The position numbers and the translations under genes were made by a program. The notes under the pieces are model-generated. The model did no database searches and was not told where the DNA came from. It was given only the letters and a program-made list of their open reading frames with translations. From assembly GCF_018977255.1 (NCBI RefSeq), contig NW_024704743.1:59956001-60020000 (forward strand): a stretch of 64,000 nucleotides of DNA, read 5' to 3'. Positions 1 to 14,108 of the stretch are shown one piece after another (positions within the stretch are counted from its first letter, which is position 1; the number at the start of each line of letters is the position of its first letter). The DNA is from Callorhinchus milii (taxonomy: Eukaryota).

Positions 1-630
<630 letters not shown>

Positions 631-1339
631 TTAACCAGAAACACGGGTTGCTGTCAGTTTACGCTCATGCGATGTCTTTCTGCTCGTAAACAAACTCTTC
701 CCTTCCGTTCAATAAAACGCCCGCGATCGCAAATGTTCCCCTCTATCCAGGTTTTAATTTGTTTTTTTTCTTATTTAAAAGAGCGAACCCGTCGCTCTCC
801 TCCAGCACTCTCACACGGCGTGGGGTGGGGGTGGGGGTGTGGGGTGGGGGGGTGGGGGGGAAGCGCAAGATGCAGAGTTTTGATGCTTTTAATTGTAATA
901 CTTTGGAGGGGGAAATGAAACGCTTTCGGGCTTTTGAACCCAACAATTCAAAAAAAAAATACGGCAAAACTCGCGATCGCGGCCGCGCTATAGTTTGGGG
1001 GTCAAACGACTCTTTAAACGTGTTCCCCTCCAAGTTGTAGCCGTCGATCGGTGTCTCTGGTATATTGGGTTTCCAGCAGAATTTTGTCCCAAATGCCCCC
1101 ACACGGCATTGATGTGGATCACACAAAGCAAAATGGCCAAAACAGCGCAGTGTCAGAGGGGTGGGAGGTCCGGATGGGATTCGCTTCTCTCGCTACACGG
1201 GAGGGGGAAGGAAAGGGAAAATAGGGGTTTGGGAAGAGATGGCCCGTGACCACGTAATACGAAAGATGGCTTCACAACATAAAGTGTCCGTGTGCACGGC
1301 GGTGGGGGTGGGGGTGGGGATGGGGGGGAGGCGCCTTAC

Positions 1340-1673
1340 CTGGCTGGCTGCAGGGCGGCTGAGCCCTGTTGTAAGCGCCGTACTGGTGGTAATGGCTAGG
1401 GTAGCTGTATTCAGGGTAAGCCTTGGCAGAGTAATTGGCCGCAGATCCGTTCACTCCGTGGTACTGGTACTGATAGGGGTTCAGAGCTTTGCCGTAAGTC
1501 GAAGGCGAGCAGTAGCCGTGGTGGGAAGCAGCCGAGCTGTAGTATCCCGTGTCCGTGGCTGTGGACTCGGGGAGAGTGGGAGACTCCTGGGACGGGTGGT
1601 GCATACTGTGCTGAAAAGCGCCCTGGATGTCTGTCCGGATGCTGGGGACCTTGCGATCGAATACTCCTGTCAT
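1340..1673 (-). CDS. DLX5: Distal-less homeobox 5, coding exon 1 (111 codons + 1 nt); homeobox exons lie outside the window
   Basis: ORF starts [14 protein letters not shown] and contains [18 protein letters not shown] and [18 protein letters not shown], a DLX5-type N-terminus (DLX3 begins MSGSFDR). It ends at CAG CCA G|gtaagg, a phase-1 donor at 1339. Confidence 0.95.
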
Positions 1674-1711
1674 CGTCAGTCTCGGAGCTGGAGGGTATGT
1701 CGGTCGGTCGG

Positions 1712-1760
1712 CAGACAGACAGGCAGGAAGGCAGGAAGGCGGGCAGGCAGGCAGGCAGGG
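1712..1760. repeat. (GGCA)n-like microsatellite in the DLX5 leader
   Basis: cagacagacaggcaggaaggcaggaaggcgggcaggcaggcaggcagg. Confidence 0.8.
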
Positions 1761-1785
1761 TGTGTGCGTGCTGGGAGAGTCTAGT

Positions 1786-1797
1786 CTATGCAGACAT
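1786..1797 (-). promoter_or_regulatory. Minimal upstream ORF (ATG TCT GCA TAG, Met-Ser-Ala-stop) in the presumed DLX5 5' UTR
   Basis: Minus strand reads cacagtcATGTCTGCATAGactaga, with G at -3 and the stop 112 nt upstream of the main ATG. Confidence 0.6.
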
Positions 1798-1849
1798 GAC
1801 TGTGTGCTGAGGAGGCGCTGGCAGACTGTGGCTGTGGGTGCAGCGAAGG

Positions 1850-1930
1850 TTTGGTTAAGTCCCTAATTGCGCTGTTACGCACTGGGTGGATCTGTTCCAT
1901 TGGACGGAACGCGCAGCCATCAGCAACACC
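1850..1930 (-). promoter_or_regulatory. DLX5 proximal promoter candidate
   Basis: CCAAT on the minus strand (ATTGG 1899-1903) and homeodomain-type TAATTG (1864-1869) just upstream of the leader, in a CpG-containing context. Confidence 0.5.
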
Positions 1931-4900
1931 CTAACCCGTTCAACCCGTTTAACACAACACCTCACACAAGCCCTTAAAAAAAACACAAAACCAACGACTG
2001 ACTCAAATGAAATCTTAAAGTGTTGAATGTTTGTAAACAATTTCACTGCCATTTCAAATAACAACACTTACTGATGTTTTTTTTATTTTACCAGTGGTCC
2101 GGATTCGTAAATACGCGATTGTAATGTAATTACTCCTATGGTTACCATATCTCAAGCTCAGGGTTGGTGTCAGCACTCTCACGGATTAATTATGCACAAA
2201 TTAACTATGGTGGAATATTGACGCTATGTTACTGCCATCAAATTTGGGTCGAAACAGAGCAAACAAATCCTATATACCAGAGTGTATTTTTGTTCACGGG
2301 GCGAGGGACGCAATCTCGAACAAATACACGTGTGTGTTTTTTTTTTCTGTTTTCAGCAATCCCGAGAGTGTCTGTGCACAGATATTAAATTGTGACTAAC
2401 TTGTTTGCTTCTCACACAATGCAGCCCGATTGGCGGCAATTTAAATGTTAATTTAATTAATTTAATTTCATTTCATTTCAAACTGGCCATTGCTAATTCC
2501 AACAGCGCGCTGCTACTGCTGTAAAAATTAGCCTCATATGACATACCCCGCAAATACTCCCGCAAACTCCAGATAGACTTCTCGGTGTTATAATGCTCCT
2601 GCTCTGCAGTTAGCCACCAACCAATGCTAATTTATATCTTGCATATCTTGAAAGACGTCAGTGATGATCATTTTCTTTTCTTGTGTTTCACAGATTCACT
2701 GGGAATGTCTTTCCAGAACTAGAATGGCTAAGGCCTGGGATTATGCATTTATAATTCATAAACAGTAAAATAACGCACTCGCTGTGAACTCAAATATAAA
2801 TGTGGAAAATATTTACACGTTGCAGTTTTGAGGTACATTGAGAGCCGAGAGGCCGGCGAGGAACCAATCTAACCTTGAGGTTTTTATTTTATTTTATTTT
2901 ATTTTATTGAACCCGAATCGTGAGAGCATTTTAGAAAAATACTAAATATAATGCAGATCAGTGGGGTGTCTACCTGATCAACCAAACAAGACAAGAGACA
3001 TAATACAGCGCATATACTCTATGTATGTGCCTGTCCTCGCTAAAGTCTATATGACTGATGTTGGCGTAATATCTGCCCATTTACCAAATTCCAATAAAAA
3101 TAAACTGACACACAAACACACATAAACACGCACAAAACACGATTTCTCGCTTTCCAACAATGCACAGGAAATATCGAACTGGACACTTTGCTTATTTAAA
3201 AGCTGTTGGAACAGCTTTACAAAAATAAAATAAACGCTTCCTTATATTTGGATATAGTGTGATTCCGGACCAGGATTGTGCAGGTTTTCAGGTTATACCC
3301 GACTATATGGAGCATAGCGCCACCCAACGCTCGTGTTTATCACAAATAATTTCGTTGATTGTAAACCATTTTAAAATCGGGTATTCTCACAACAAAAACA
3401 TTCTTCCCATGTAAACACAGAAATGCTTATTTTTGCCCCACAAAATAGCAAAAAAATGTTCACAGGCTCTTCAATTTGTGCATTGATCTTTAAAATGCCC
3501 CGCAAAATAGTTTCGAATAATTGTGTGAATTTGGTGCTCCACTTAAATGTAATGTGCCTCGAGTGTTAAACAGCATCATTTCAGACTGATTATTACCCCC
3601 ACCCATCAACTATCGGCCTGACACATCCGAGCGGCAGTTTAACTTGTGAATATTAATATTAATATGCCCAAAAAAATCAAAGCAGGATTCATACACTTTG
3701 CAAAGGTAAGTTACTCGCAGTTTTTTTTTCACGAGTGAAAGGTTTTTCAAGTTTTTAAACGCATCCACGGATTCTCCCGCAATAGATTTTTAATTTAAAC
3801 ATTCAAAGAAAAACGCAGAGAAGGCACTTCATATTGCATTTCGCGCCCAGGTAAGAGTGGGCTGGAATGTGAACATTTAACAGGACAGAAATCTGGTCAA
3901 GTTAATCAGGCATCAGGAAGCAGTCTGGCGTTTGTGTGTTTCAAAGATCATTTTATTTGGCCTTTTGCATCTGAAACATCAGCCTCCATCGGCCAATCTC
4001 TTTAGTTTTGTGCAAATTTTAACTTACGGACACGGGATGCGAACTGAAGGAGATCATAAAACCCTCTGGAGTGGCTGTTCAAATGTTCTCACTCCTACAT
4101 AAAGGCATCCCCTCGGGCACCAGGTTGTAGATTGCTTTAATTGCATAATTCGACGTTTTCTGTCCTTTTCATGAGTGAAAGGTTTTACAAATTGTGGCGG
4201 GTTAGGGGATGACTGAAAGGTCTGGAGTCGCTGCATCTGTATAACATTCTCCCCGAAAGGAGTAGCTTGGAAGTGAGAAATGCCCACGTATTAACATTTA
4301 AAATTATATTTGGAGTGGAGCACCAAATTCACCCAATTCTTTCAACTATTTTGTGGATCATTTTAAAGATCAAGGCATATATTTTTTAAAACCAGTGTTG
4401 TTTTCTTTGTGTGTTTGCGTGTGTGTGTGTGTGCGTGTGTGTGTGTGTATCTCTTTCACAGACATGTGCATCACGTTTCGCTGGTGCAGTCCTGAACCAT
4501 GTTTTAAATGCTGTCAACTATTTCGACTTGCTGGGAATGGGAATGATCGTGTTGCCAGTGAAGTGCAGTGTTGGAAGTTGGTGAAAGGAACACACGGTGT
4601 AGTCAAAGTCAAGTGAAAAGTGACAAGTGACCACCACTTGTGGACAGGTCTTATTTGCACAGCAGCTTGTTAACGTTACAGACACAGCGGGTTTATCCCC
4701 AACATATGGCTCTTGACCTTTAATCTATTGAATTGATTTTTGACTTGTATCCCTATCGCTCTCTGCTTCCAACACCGGGAATTATGTGATTCCCTCATTT
4801 TGTTGCAAGATGTTATCCACGTAAAGGCTGCAAAGAAAAATAACAGTGCAGTAATACTGGAGAGAGAAGGCGTTCTTTACAGTAGGAAAGCAAACGAGAC

Positions 4901-5984
4901 AATGCAGAGAGAGCTTTAAGTTGTGACAGCTTTAGAGGAGGGCTGATAGGTTGATACCGTGTAATTGTAGGATTCATCTGAAAAAAAATGGAAGTTAATA
5001 AACGTGCAAATTTAGTTTTCTGAATATGAAATATATCCAAATATTTGAAGATTCCCAATAAAACTAGGCATTAACTAACGTGGTAACTGAATCCAAGCTA
5101 GATATCATACTATGCAGTCACAGCTTGTCACCAGTGGCATGTCATACAAGCTTTTTATAAACGATTGATGCTGCAGTAATTCTGCCAAGTTTGCATCAAT
5201 CCTATACAACTTTTGTGTTGAACTGATGCAACCCCAAGTAATGGCATGGCCAACATTTCTCCAGAATAATTATTAATTCTATCGCTCTTTGTGAAGCCTT
5301 GCTGGTGCGTGTATGTGTGTGTGGGGGTCAAAAAGATACATTTTAAAGAAGGTTTTTGAAGGTTGTGAGAGAAGAAACAGGCTGCATTACTCTAGTTACG
5401 TAGCATGTCATGCCAGTTTTCTGTAAGTTGCTTTAAGAATTGAAAATCGACTTCAAAGTTAAAACTAAATTCAACAATTTGCCAAATCCTGGATAGTCTA
5501 AAATGCTACATAGAGCAAATCTGTACCCAGGTGGAAATTTCTCCCCATGGTACAACAGTACTGCCTGCTGCAAATCACCTTTGCCTAAAACTGCATGTGA
5601 ATAATTATCCAGAAATATTTTAACTTATATTTTAAAAAAACTTAAAAACAATTCAGAATCTTTGAAGTAAAACCCTATTTACGTAACAACTGCCAACATT
5701 GATTTGATTCTGAATCACCTCTTGGAAGTGAGATTAGGAGTAAGGCTCAATGTGAATCACTGCCATTGTTAATATGAAAAACCTAACACTGATTCAATAC
5801 AGAAAGGTGTACTGTAACAGTGGCATAACTACAATCTGTCTGACTCCTGCTGATGCAAAGTGAGTTTTTAAAGGTTATAAATCTTAAATTAAAAAAAAGG
5901 AAGGTCTCCCTTCCGCTTTTGTTTAACGTTATGAAAGAGTTAAAAGGGCTTTTTAATAACGTTGCCAACAAGATGCTCCAGGTG

Positions 5985-6390
5985 TCCGATAGAACTCTTA
6001 CCTCTGAGTTTGAAGGTTGTGGGTTCAAAATCGGATTGGGACTTTGAGTTCACAGTCTAGATTCACATTCCAATGTAAACTGGGGGGGTTCTGCATTGTC
6101 AGAGGTACTAACTGTTGGGTATGACCCCAATCAAGGCCCTGTCTGCCTTCTCAGGTAGATGTTAAAGATCCCATGCACTATTTGAAAAATAGGAGAGTTT
6201 CTCCTGGTGTCCTGGCTGGCAATCCCTCAGCTAAATTCATCATTTACTTCACGGCTTTTTGAGGTAAAATTGGCTGCCCTGTTCGCCTACAAATACACAC
6301 TCACTAAACTCTACAGTAAATCTTGTGAAACACTTTGAAATGTTTTGATGAAGTAAAAAGGTGCTATATCAAATGCAAAAATTTTTATTC
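5985..6390 (+). mobile_element. Older tRNA-derived Deu-domain SINE (SacSINE1-like)
   Basis: ctctgagt..gaaggttgtgggttcaa head, gttaaagatcccatgcactatttg / ggtgtcctggc core, ttggctgcc, and a gctatatcaaatgca tail. Confidence 0.7.
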
Positions 6391-8012
6391 AGAATTAAAG
6401 TTATTCCAGTTTTCATAGATGTTCCATAGATGTGCTTTCTATGAATGTGCAGATCTTCTACTTGTTTTGCATTATTCCAAGTGTGAGAGTGGCGAAAGCT
6501 GGTTGTAAAACTCCAGTTTATAGCGGAAACTCACATTGCTCTACTGCAGGCACTGAGTCAAACATTTGGTAAAATTGATTAAGAGGAATGTTGGAATGAT
6601 GCATCCCCAAACCATGTGTTTAATCAAAGTATCCAATCTTGTGATGATGTCAAGTTGCCAACTGACTTGTATGTACATACTTACATACTGATTATTGAAT
6701 TTCTCAGTCATCTGCTCCTATAAGTTAGTTTCTGATAACCAATAACATCAGTTATATTGTGGCAGAGTTCTGATAGACTGCTTCTGATAGTCACTATTGA
6801 GTTAGAAATACACCTAAAATTGAATAGAACTACCACATAAAATTTACAGATACCATAGAACGACTTCAGCTTGTAATCTAATGAGACTTCAAATATAGTC
6901 ATATAAAATGCTCCAGCTTCTCACATCATGTTTATGATATCAATTAATATGCTTAATTAAATTAATGGTATAATTATTTTAATACATCTTACACTGTATT
7001 TCTCCACTTATTGTTTGTCCAGATTTCTCCCACTTGCAAATAGTTTGAGTGATGGCGATAGAATTGAATGATAGCGACAGTAAAAGGAACTGTTGCCTTT
7101 TCAGGCAAGCTTGTGCTTATGGAGCAGTTGGATAAATAGTGTAACCTTAAATATACTGGAGAGATCCTCATCTCATGTGGGGCATTTAGAATAAGTAAGA
7201 CTCTTCTCAAGGCTGAAATAGGTCAAACCTTACCTTCTCAAGGCAATTCAGAGAGCCAATGAAAAAGCAATAATCCAATAGATCAATAAATGATATATGA
7301 TAATAAAGGACTTCAATGAGTTGGAAGAAAATAATAGATTCAAAGGATAAAGGAAGCAAGAGAATATTTAGAGGGAACTACAAAGTGGTTTAAAATATCA
7401 GTAATTTTTTTATTTTTAATCACTTCAAATGATTCACATTCAGGTGACGATTTTTTTGTCTTTGATTCCCCAAATAGAGTGGACAGCATCTCAACCCATA
7501 CTTTCAGGTGTAGATACCAGAGGGAGAAACAGTTGGTCATAATGATTAGGATGTAATTTGAGTTTCCCCAGGTCAATCTGCTGGAAAGCCGTATTTATAT
7601 TTCCTGTTCAACATTTAGCACTGCATTGTGCGGGGTGCCTCCCTTCTCATGAGATGTAAAAACAAAGTCCTATTTGCCCTTTTAGGTTTACATAAAAGAT
7701 CCCATGATATTATTCAAAATGGGAAGGGTTTTTTTTGTGGTGTACTGGGCAAAAATTCTCCCTATATAATATGGTTATTTACTTCACCACTTTTTGTGAG
7801 AAACTACTGTGTGCAAATTGGCCTTGAAATACACATTCACTGCACTTCACAGTGAAAATCCTGTGAATTGCCTTGAGAAGTCTCAACAATATGATAAGAC
7901 ACTCTATCAAATGCAAGAACTGTTGTGATTATTATGTTCATCTTATGTGAAAGGCACTACTTTACTGTTGTTCCAATCAGGAAAACTGCACATTAGGCAA
8001 CTAACCGCAATA

Positions 8013-8395
8013 ACAGCAACAACAACTTGCACTTATATAGCGCCCTCCATGCAGGGTAGCATCTTAGAGTGTGTAACAGTGGTGGAGCCTGACTCTGAGT
8101 CGGGGGGAGGTGGCCATAAGCACGGTCGAAGAGGAAAGTTTTCAGGTGGGACTTGAAAGAGGGGAGAGAGGGGGCAAAGCGGAGGATTGAGGGAGAGTGT
8201 TCCAGAGTTTCGGGGCATAGTGGTTGAAAGCGTGACCTCCGATGGTGGGTCGGAGGATGCAAGGGATGAGCAGGAGGCCAGTGCCAGTCGAACGGAGGCG
8301 CCGGGTGGTGGATTGGAGTGTGAGGAGGTCGGAGAGGTAGGGAGGTGCCAGAGAGTGAATGGATTTGAAGGCCCAGAAATGCAGGCCCAGAGCCC
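8013..8395 (-). mobile_element. L2-like LINE 3' fragment
   Basis: (caa)n tail; translates to ...PSLPSFKSHLKTFLFDRAY, the ORF2 C-terminus shared with other copies. Confidence 0.75.
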
Positions 8396-11300
8396 CAACA
8401 ACCAGCTCAAAACACTGTTTAGATTTTTAATCTAATTAAATAACTCATTAGCAATGTTAAAAATACCAGCATAAAAGTTACAATAAAATCTAAGATCAGT
8501 TCTGAGCAGAGACAACATCAATTCAGATGGTCTGCATTTATAATGTCCTGAAAGTGGGGTTCATCAAACCATTGGAAACCACTCCCCTGCGCCTTATTGT
8601 GAAGCAAAGTTCAGTTTGCTTGGGAATATTATTTGTTAGCATTTCCAAGAAAGGACTCACCCCATCAAAATAACTCAAGGGAACCCAGCCCAGGTAATCC
8701 CCTTAATTTGTTCTGTCTGCATTGAGATGCTACTATAATTAACCTGCCTGAATTACTCACCAAACTGTCTCAACTGAAATACAGCAATTTGCTTTATTTT
8801 TTGGACCTGAACGATCTATCTCTAGCAGATATGAAATATTTGGACATTTGAGGATATGGATAACATTTGTTGTCATTGTCATTTTAAAAAAATTGCTTCC
8901 ACACTAAATCTTGAAGAAAGTTAAACAAAAGCTTAAAAACAACGTTTTTTTAAAAAAACAAATCAATCAAGCCACATATTAATCAACCCATGCTTTTTAA
9001 AAGTAAAGATTTGGCGTTAAGTGTGAAGAATATCTGCAGGTAAAGAGTGCGGAGCAATTGTAGAGCTCATGGACATTTCCATGAAGGTGACAATCGCATG
9101 AATTTCCAGACATTTCTTGAAAGACTTCTTACTTTTTGTGCATGTGAACCTTTGAAGTTTGTAGTTACAAAATACCTGAAAGCTGGAATTTCTCATGGTC
9201 TTAGCCTTAAATTTAAGATCTGGCAGAACTTTGAGACGTTTTTTATTTCACTTTATGTTTGCAAGTTTCGTTTAAGAGCTGCAGAAAATTGACTTCCAAA
9301 TTCACACTGAATTTAACTATTTACTAAAATTCTGCATTCTCTTATTTATGAAATAAGAACTGAACTTGAAGTCACAACTGTATATGAACTAGTTCATGAG
9401 ATGTATAACGACTATCAGATGTGACACTTGCAGTTGTGGGCAAACTTTTCATGATAAAAGTTTCAAGGAATATTATTACATTAACCCATAAAATTTGTTA
9501 CCTCTCAATGTTTCATAACTTACGTTTTAATGTTTGTTATGATGTTAAAGCTTCCCAGTAGTTGATTATCCTTTGAGCAAAATAAATACTTCCTGGTGTC
9601 TGATGTAGAACTGGCCCTCGCAATACTAACAATATAATCCGGATGTCAGCGTGGCTCACTTAGTAGCAGTCTCGTTTCTGAGTGAGAAGCTTGTGGTTCA
9701 AGTCCCATGTCAGGCCTTTGAGCTTGTGGGAAAATGCTGTATGCAAATTGGTAGCCCTGTTTGGTTCAAAATTCATTCACTGCACATCACATTACATCAT
9801 TTGAAGTGGTTTGTGAGGACCTCTTTATATGAAATGTGTTTTTATAAAATGCAAGGATTATTATTTTATGTTTTATGTAGCCTCGGAAGAGCTGAAAGTA
9901 TTGTTCTGTGTTCACTTTCTTTATATCATTTATGTTTCTCTATACACGCTAGGTTTTTATTCTAACACAGTTTGTATTCAGCTTAGACATTGTTTCTTGG
10001 AAGAGTATCTCTCGCTTTCTTGTTTGCTGATATAAAGGTGCAAAATGTCAGAATGACATAATTACGGTATTAAAACAGAGTTCTAATACATAGGACAAGA
10101 AAATAGAGACTGTGATCCTTTTGTTGAGTTGCAAATCCTACCATTACTCTCATCAGTTTTTTGTCAGTCAGGCATCTGGTACATGAGGAAACCTATCACC
10201 ATGTTTAATAGTAATCAAACCAGACTGAGAGTTCCACTTATGTACCCCGGTTACACATGGAAATATTCCTATGTCTGGAATGGAAATGTGTACTCTCCCC
10301 GGCGGGATGCATATTGCTTAGCTAATTCCAGAAAGTATTACGCCCACCTTGGTAAGAACCAATGCTTGGGACCACAGAGTGCGTGTTGGGGTACTGCTGG
10401 AGATTGACCAGCTAAAACCACATAGCTTGCCTTAGAGAGTGCTGGCTGGCAAGCTTTCTGATACTTGTCCAGCTAGGACTCCCGTGCCCATTAGGGCGTT
10501 GGCTTGAGGGTGAATAGGAGCTGAGTGGGATGACTCCCTGCATCCAGTATCCTTATCAGAATCCCCTCATGAACTACTCTCAACTCATTAAAGGAAGCAA
10601 ATTTTATTTGAAAAGTTGAACTACTCTGTGTTCATAACAAGTGAAAACAAAATACACATCAGTTACTTTAAAAGAACTATTTTATTCCAAGGTAAACAAC
10701 TTAATCTTGATTTCTGTATATCTTCTGATACAAAGTTTTTTTGATTTGAGGCTCTGTTTTCATACTCCAACAAACAGAGCCACAAATCAAAAAAACTTTT
10801 TTGTACAGCTTTATTACAGCAGATGAAAGAAGTACAACAGCGCCTCTTGGAGATAGAGTTGGGAATTGTGCCACTTCTCAACTACATCTTAGTACGGTAA
10901 CAATTTCGTATTAGCTCCTGTACTGTCTTCGTGTCTTCCATTTATACCACACATTCAAAATATAATTTTTGATGTTTTTGACAGGTTTTGAAACCATGAG
11001 GACTATTTCTGTGGTTTCAGATTGTATTGCATGTTTCTAATTACGCCATCAAATCTATCAAAGCAAACCTATCAACTGAGGTTCAACTTGGATGAGCTGA
11101 TAAAACTAATGATTTAAAACAAATATGCGATACAAATATGTCTGGCGAAGCAACAAAATATAATAAATTTAAACGAATTTCTAGGTCAGACTTGCTATTC
11201 TATTCACAATAGAGAAATACATTGCAGTTTTATAATGCTTTATTACATCAAAACATCTCCAAGTGATTTGCAGTAATTGCTACAAGTGTAATGACTGTGT

Positions 11301-11868
11301 TTTGTAGGCAAACTTGGTGTTCATTTTGCATTCAGCAGTGGCCCTGAAACACCCATTAATTTGAATGCTACTTTATCTTGAGGATTGTTGGCCAGGACTC
11401 TGACTCAACAAATAGAGCCATTTAAATAGTGTCAACTTGCTGACTCGGAGGCAAACTGAGCAAACTGACAAGTGAAATCCTTATATTTGATGTGTAAGGA
11501 CATTTTGTGTCGGTTTTGAATAGAGCCGGTTCCAAGGAGATCAGCAAAGCAGTTGCTAGTAACAAAAATATATTGTTAGTGGTTAATCTGGCTCAATTAG
11601 GAGACTTGAAGGATTGGTAGTCATATCCTCAACTCTCTAAAACAACAACAGGTGGTGGTGTGAAACCTATTCTTTACACTGGTAATTACTACCTGAAACG
11701 TTGATAATAATAATTTCTGTAGCGCCATTCATGTAGGATAGTCTTGGGAGTATTTTTCTCTTTGCATCTTCTAAAGTGGTGAGAAATGTATTATTATTAT
11801 TATTATTATAAGCTCCAAAGCAATTGTGCTGTGTGCTGTCTATGGTGAGTTGTGATTTGTCACGTCTA

Positions 11869-11881
11869 CCACCAGAGGGCG
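11869..11881 (+). promoter_or_regulatory. CTCF core motif (CCACCAGAGGGCG)
   Basis: Close match to the CTCF consensus CCASYAGRKGGCR; a weaker CCACCTGAGGGTGG lies at 11966-11979. Confidence 0.55.
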
Positions 11882-13244
11882 AAATTGAGTCGAGATTCAG
11901 AGCTTCTCCACTAAGAGAGCTGGAGAAGCAGTAGGGGAGGGGAGTCAGTCAGTGTGGCCACACAGCCACCTGAGGGTGGTCACTTTCAGACTGGTCATCT
12001 GGGAGCGTGGTGCGGGTTGTGGTTCAGTGCCTGGCAGTAGAAAGGGAGAAAACCTAAAAACGCACTATAAAAAAGGCTCTTAAGAAAATGTGTTGGTTTC
12101 TTTTGTATTGATCCTGTACACAGATCTTGCGTTCATGAGCTGTATGTAGAATGTGTTTTTTTCATTAAAAAAATAGATGTTGTACTCAGTTCAGTTCTGA
12201 TAGACTAATACACATATTGTTCACAGGTCTGAGGATCAAAAGCATTTTCTGCTATTAAATTGAAGTTTTACTTATTTTAAAAAAAAGATCTTTATTTAAC
12301 AACACTTTCCCTCTGGACGTACTTACCTTAAGACAGTCTGTCCACTTCATCATGTTTTATTCTGGATTTTCACTCCTTTCTTAAAAGATTTGGCTGAGGG
12401 TTGGCATTTCTAACCTTTGACTTGCACTACTTGAAAGCCTTTCTTTTCGTTATGTTACAACATTGTTTTTCCTTTATAATTTCTTTTCAATAATTTAATT
12501 AGCTGTAACATTAGCTTCACATGGAATAATGGGTCTTCTGGAATGAACTACAGATGCATGTTGAGTCCTGAATTAGATTGAGGCCAGAATCTACCCTTCA
12601 TGCACGTCTACTTCCAAAGTTAATGCAGGACCTCACATGTGTCTGTAGCTCAAATCCAGTATTAATTCATTATTCTGCAATGTTGTCCAACAGCTCCTTT
12701 TTTCACTTGTCACTTTTAGGAAAATGAGGTAGATTCATATCACGGTGTTTTGATATACAGGCGTGGCAACTGTGAACAATAAGCGTGTGCGTGATCTGAA
12801 ACACAAATTTGCAAGAAAATATAACTTTTATCTTTATATGTTTGTGTGGTTATTCCAAGAATATATTTTTAAAAACACAAAACAATAAAAGGGCACCTAC
12901 ACTTTCACTTCTGCTTATCTGTTATTTAGATGTTTATCTTGGTCTATCTCCTTATCGATCTATCAATCTGTATGTGTATGTCTGGTTGAGCCTGTTCTAT
13001 TTAGATTCTTGGTCGATCTGTTCATCCATCCATTCATGCATCCATTTGACGTTCTACTTGAGTATCACAACCATAAAGAAAAGGATAATAGAGACTTCAG
13101 TGTTAAGGTAAATATTCTCCCACCTGTTGCCACTTGAGAAGGCCTAAATAAAAGGACTTGTCTGTATGCACCATGTGTGCAGTAACCCTGGTACTATCAC
13201 GGTGCACATGTTTCCATTAATGAGAATAGCACAACTAACAAATA

Positions 13245-13600
13245 ATAAATAATAATAATCATCCTTACATTCGATATTGCACCTTTTGCGTCGTTGAGAC
13301 ATCTCAAAGCACTTCACAGAATATACCGTAAAGTGAATCGACTATTTTGTGAGTCAAACCTAGCAGCCAATTGCGCACAGCAGTAGCCCACAAATGGTCA
13401 TAGATTTTTTTGGGGGTGGTAAAGATTATTACCAGACAAAACGATCCACCAGTTGACTAACAACTGGGTTGCTGCAAACTTCTAGGTAAACACATGAGTG
13501 AGGCAAGGAAACATGCCAAACGTTTCGCCCCACCTGCGAATCGAACCCAGATCCTCTCACTTGCGAGGCGAGTGCTCTAATCAATATTCTGCAGGACATC
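13245..13600 (-). mobile_element. tRNA-Ala-headed SINE (longer variant)
   Basis: Reverse complement of the 36751 family head, tgcgcaattggctgc core and (aat)n tail. Confidence 0.75.
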
Positions 13601-13754
13601 ACAAGACTCGGCAAACGGTTTCAAAGCAACAGCACCACCACTTATAATATATCCTGCATACAATAGCAACAATCATCTTAGCTAAAATTGTACTTTTGTA
13701 CTCAATAGGCTGATAACACAATTATCCTCTATGTTTGCTACTTGGCAAGAAGAA

Positions 13755-14108
13755 GGAAATAGTGTTCCATAGGTAGGGTGGGACAAGACCATGGAGGAAT
13801 TTAAAAGTGTGGACAAAGATCTTGAACTTGATCCTCTGGGAAATGGGGAGCCAATGGAGCCGGGTAAGGATGGGAATGATAGGCTGAGCATAATAAAAGT
13901 ACTGATAAGGTTCTCGGCGGCCTGTGGGGAGAGGTAGAGCAGAGGTAGGCAATGTCGTGGAGGTAGGGGGTGATAGCTGAACAGGTCAAGGCATCGATGA
14001 GGGGTTAAAAGAACATTTAAGAGTCGAACAAGACACCAAGGTTCCACATTTGGCTCCGTGAGATTTAGAGGGCATCCATGTAGATTGATGATGCCAGTAC
14101 TTGAGGTG
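13755..14108 (-). mobile_element. L2-like LINE fragment, decayed
   Basis: Translates to PILTRLHWLPISQRIKFKI; 5' end lies at the LINE hairpin site. Confidence 0.7.

Noticed and set aside
1161..1784. 207-aa plus-strand ORF antisense to DLX5
   Set aside because: It is a shadow frame of GC-rich coding sequence plus microsatellite, with no recognisable domain.
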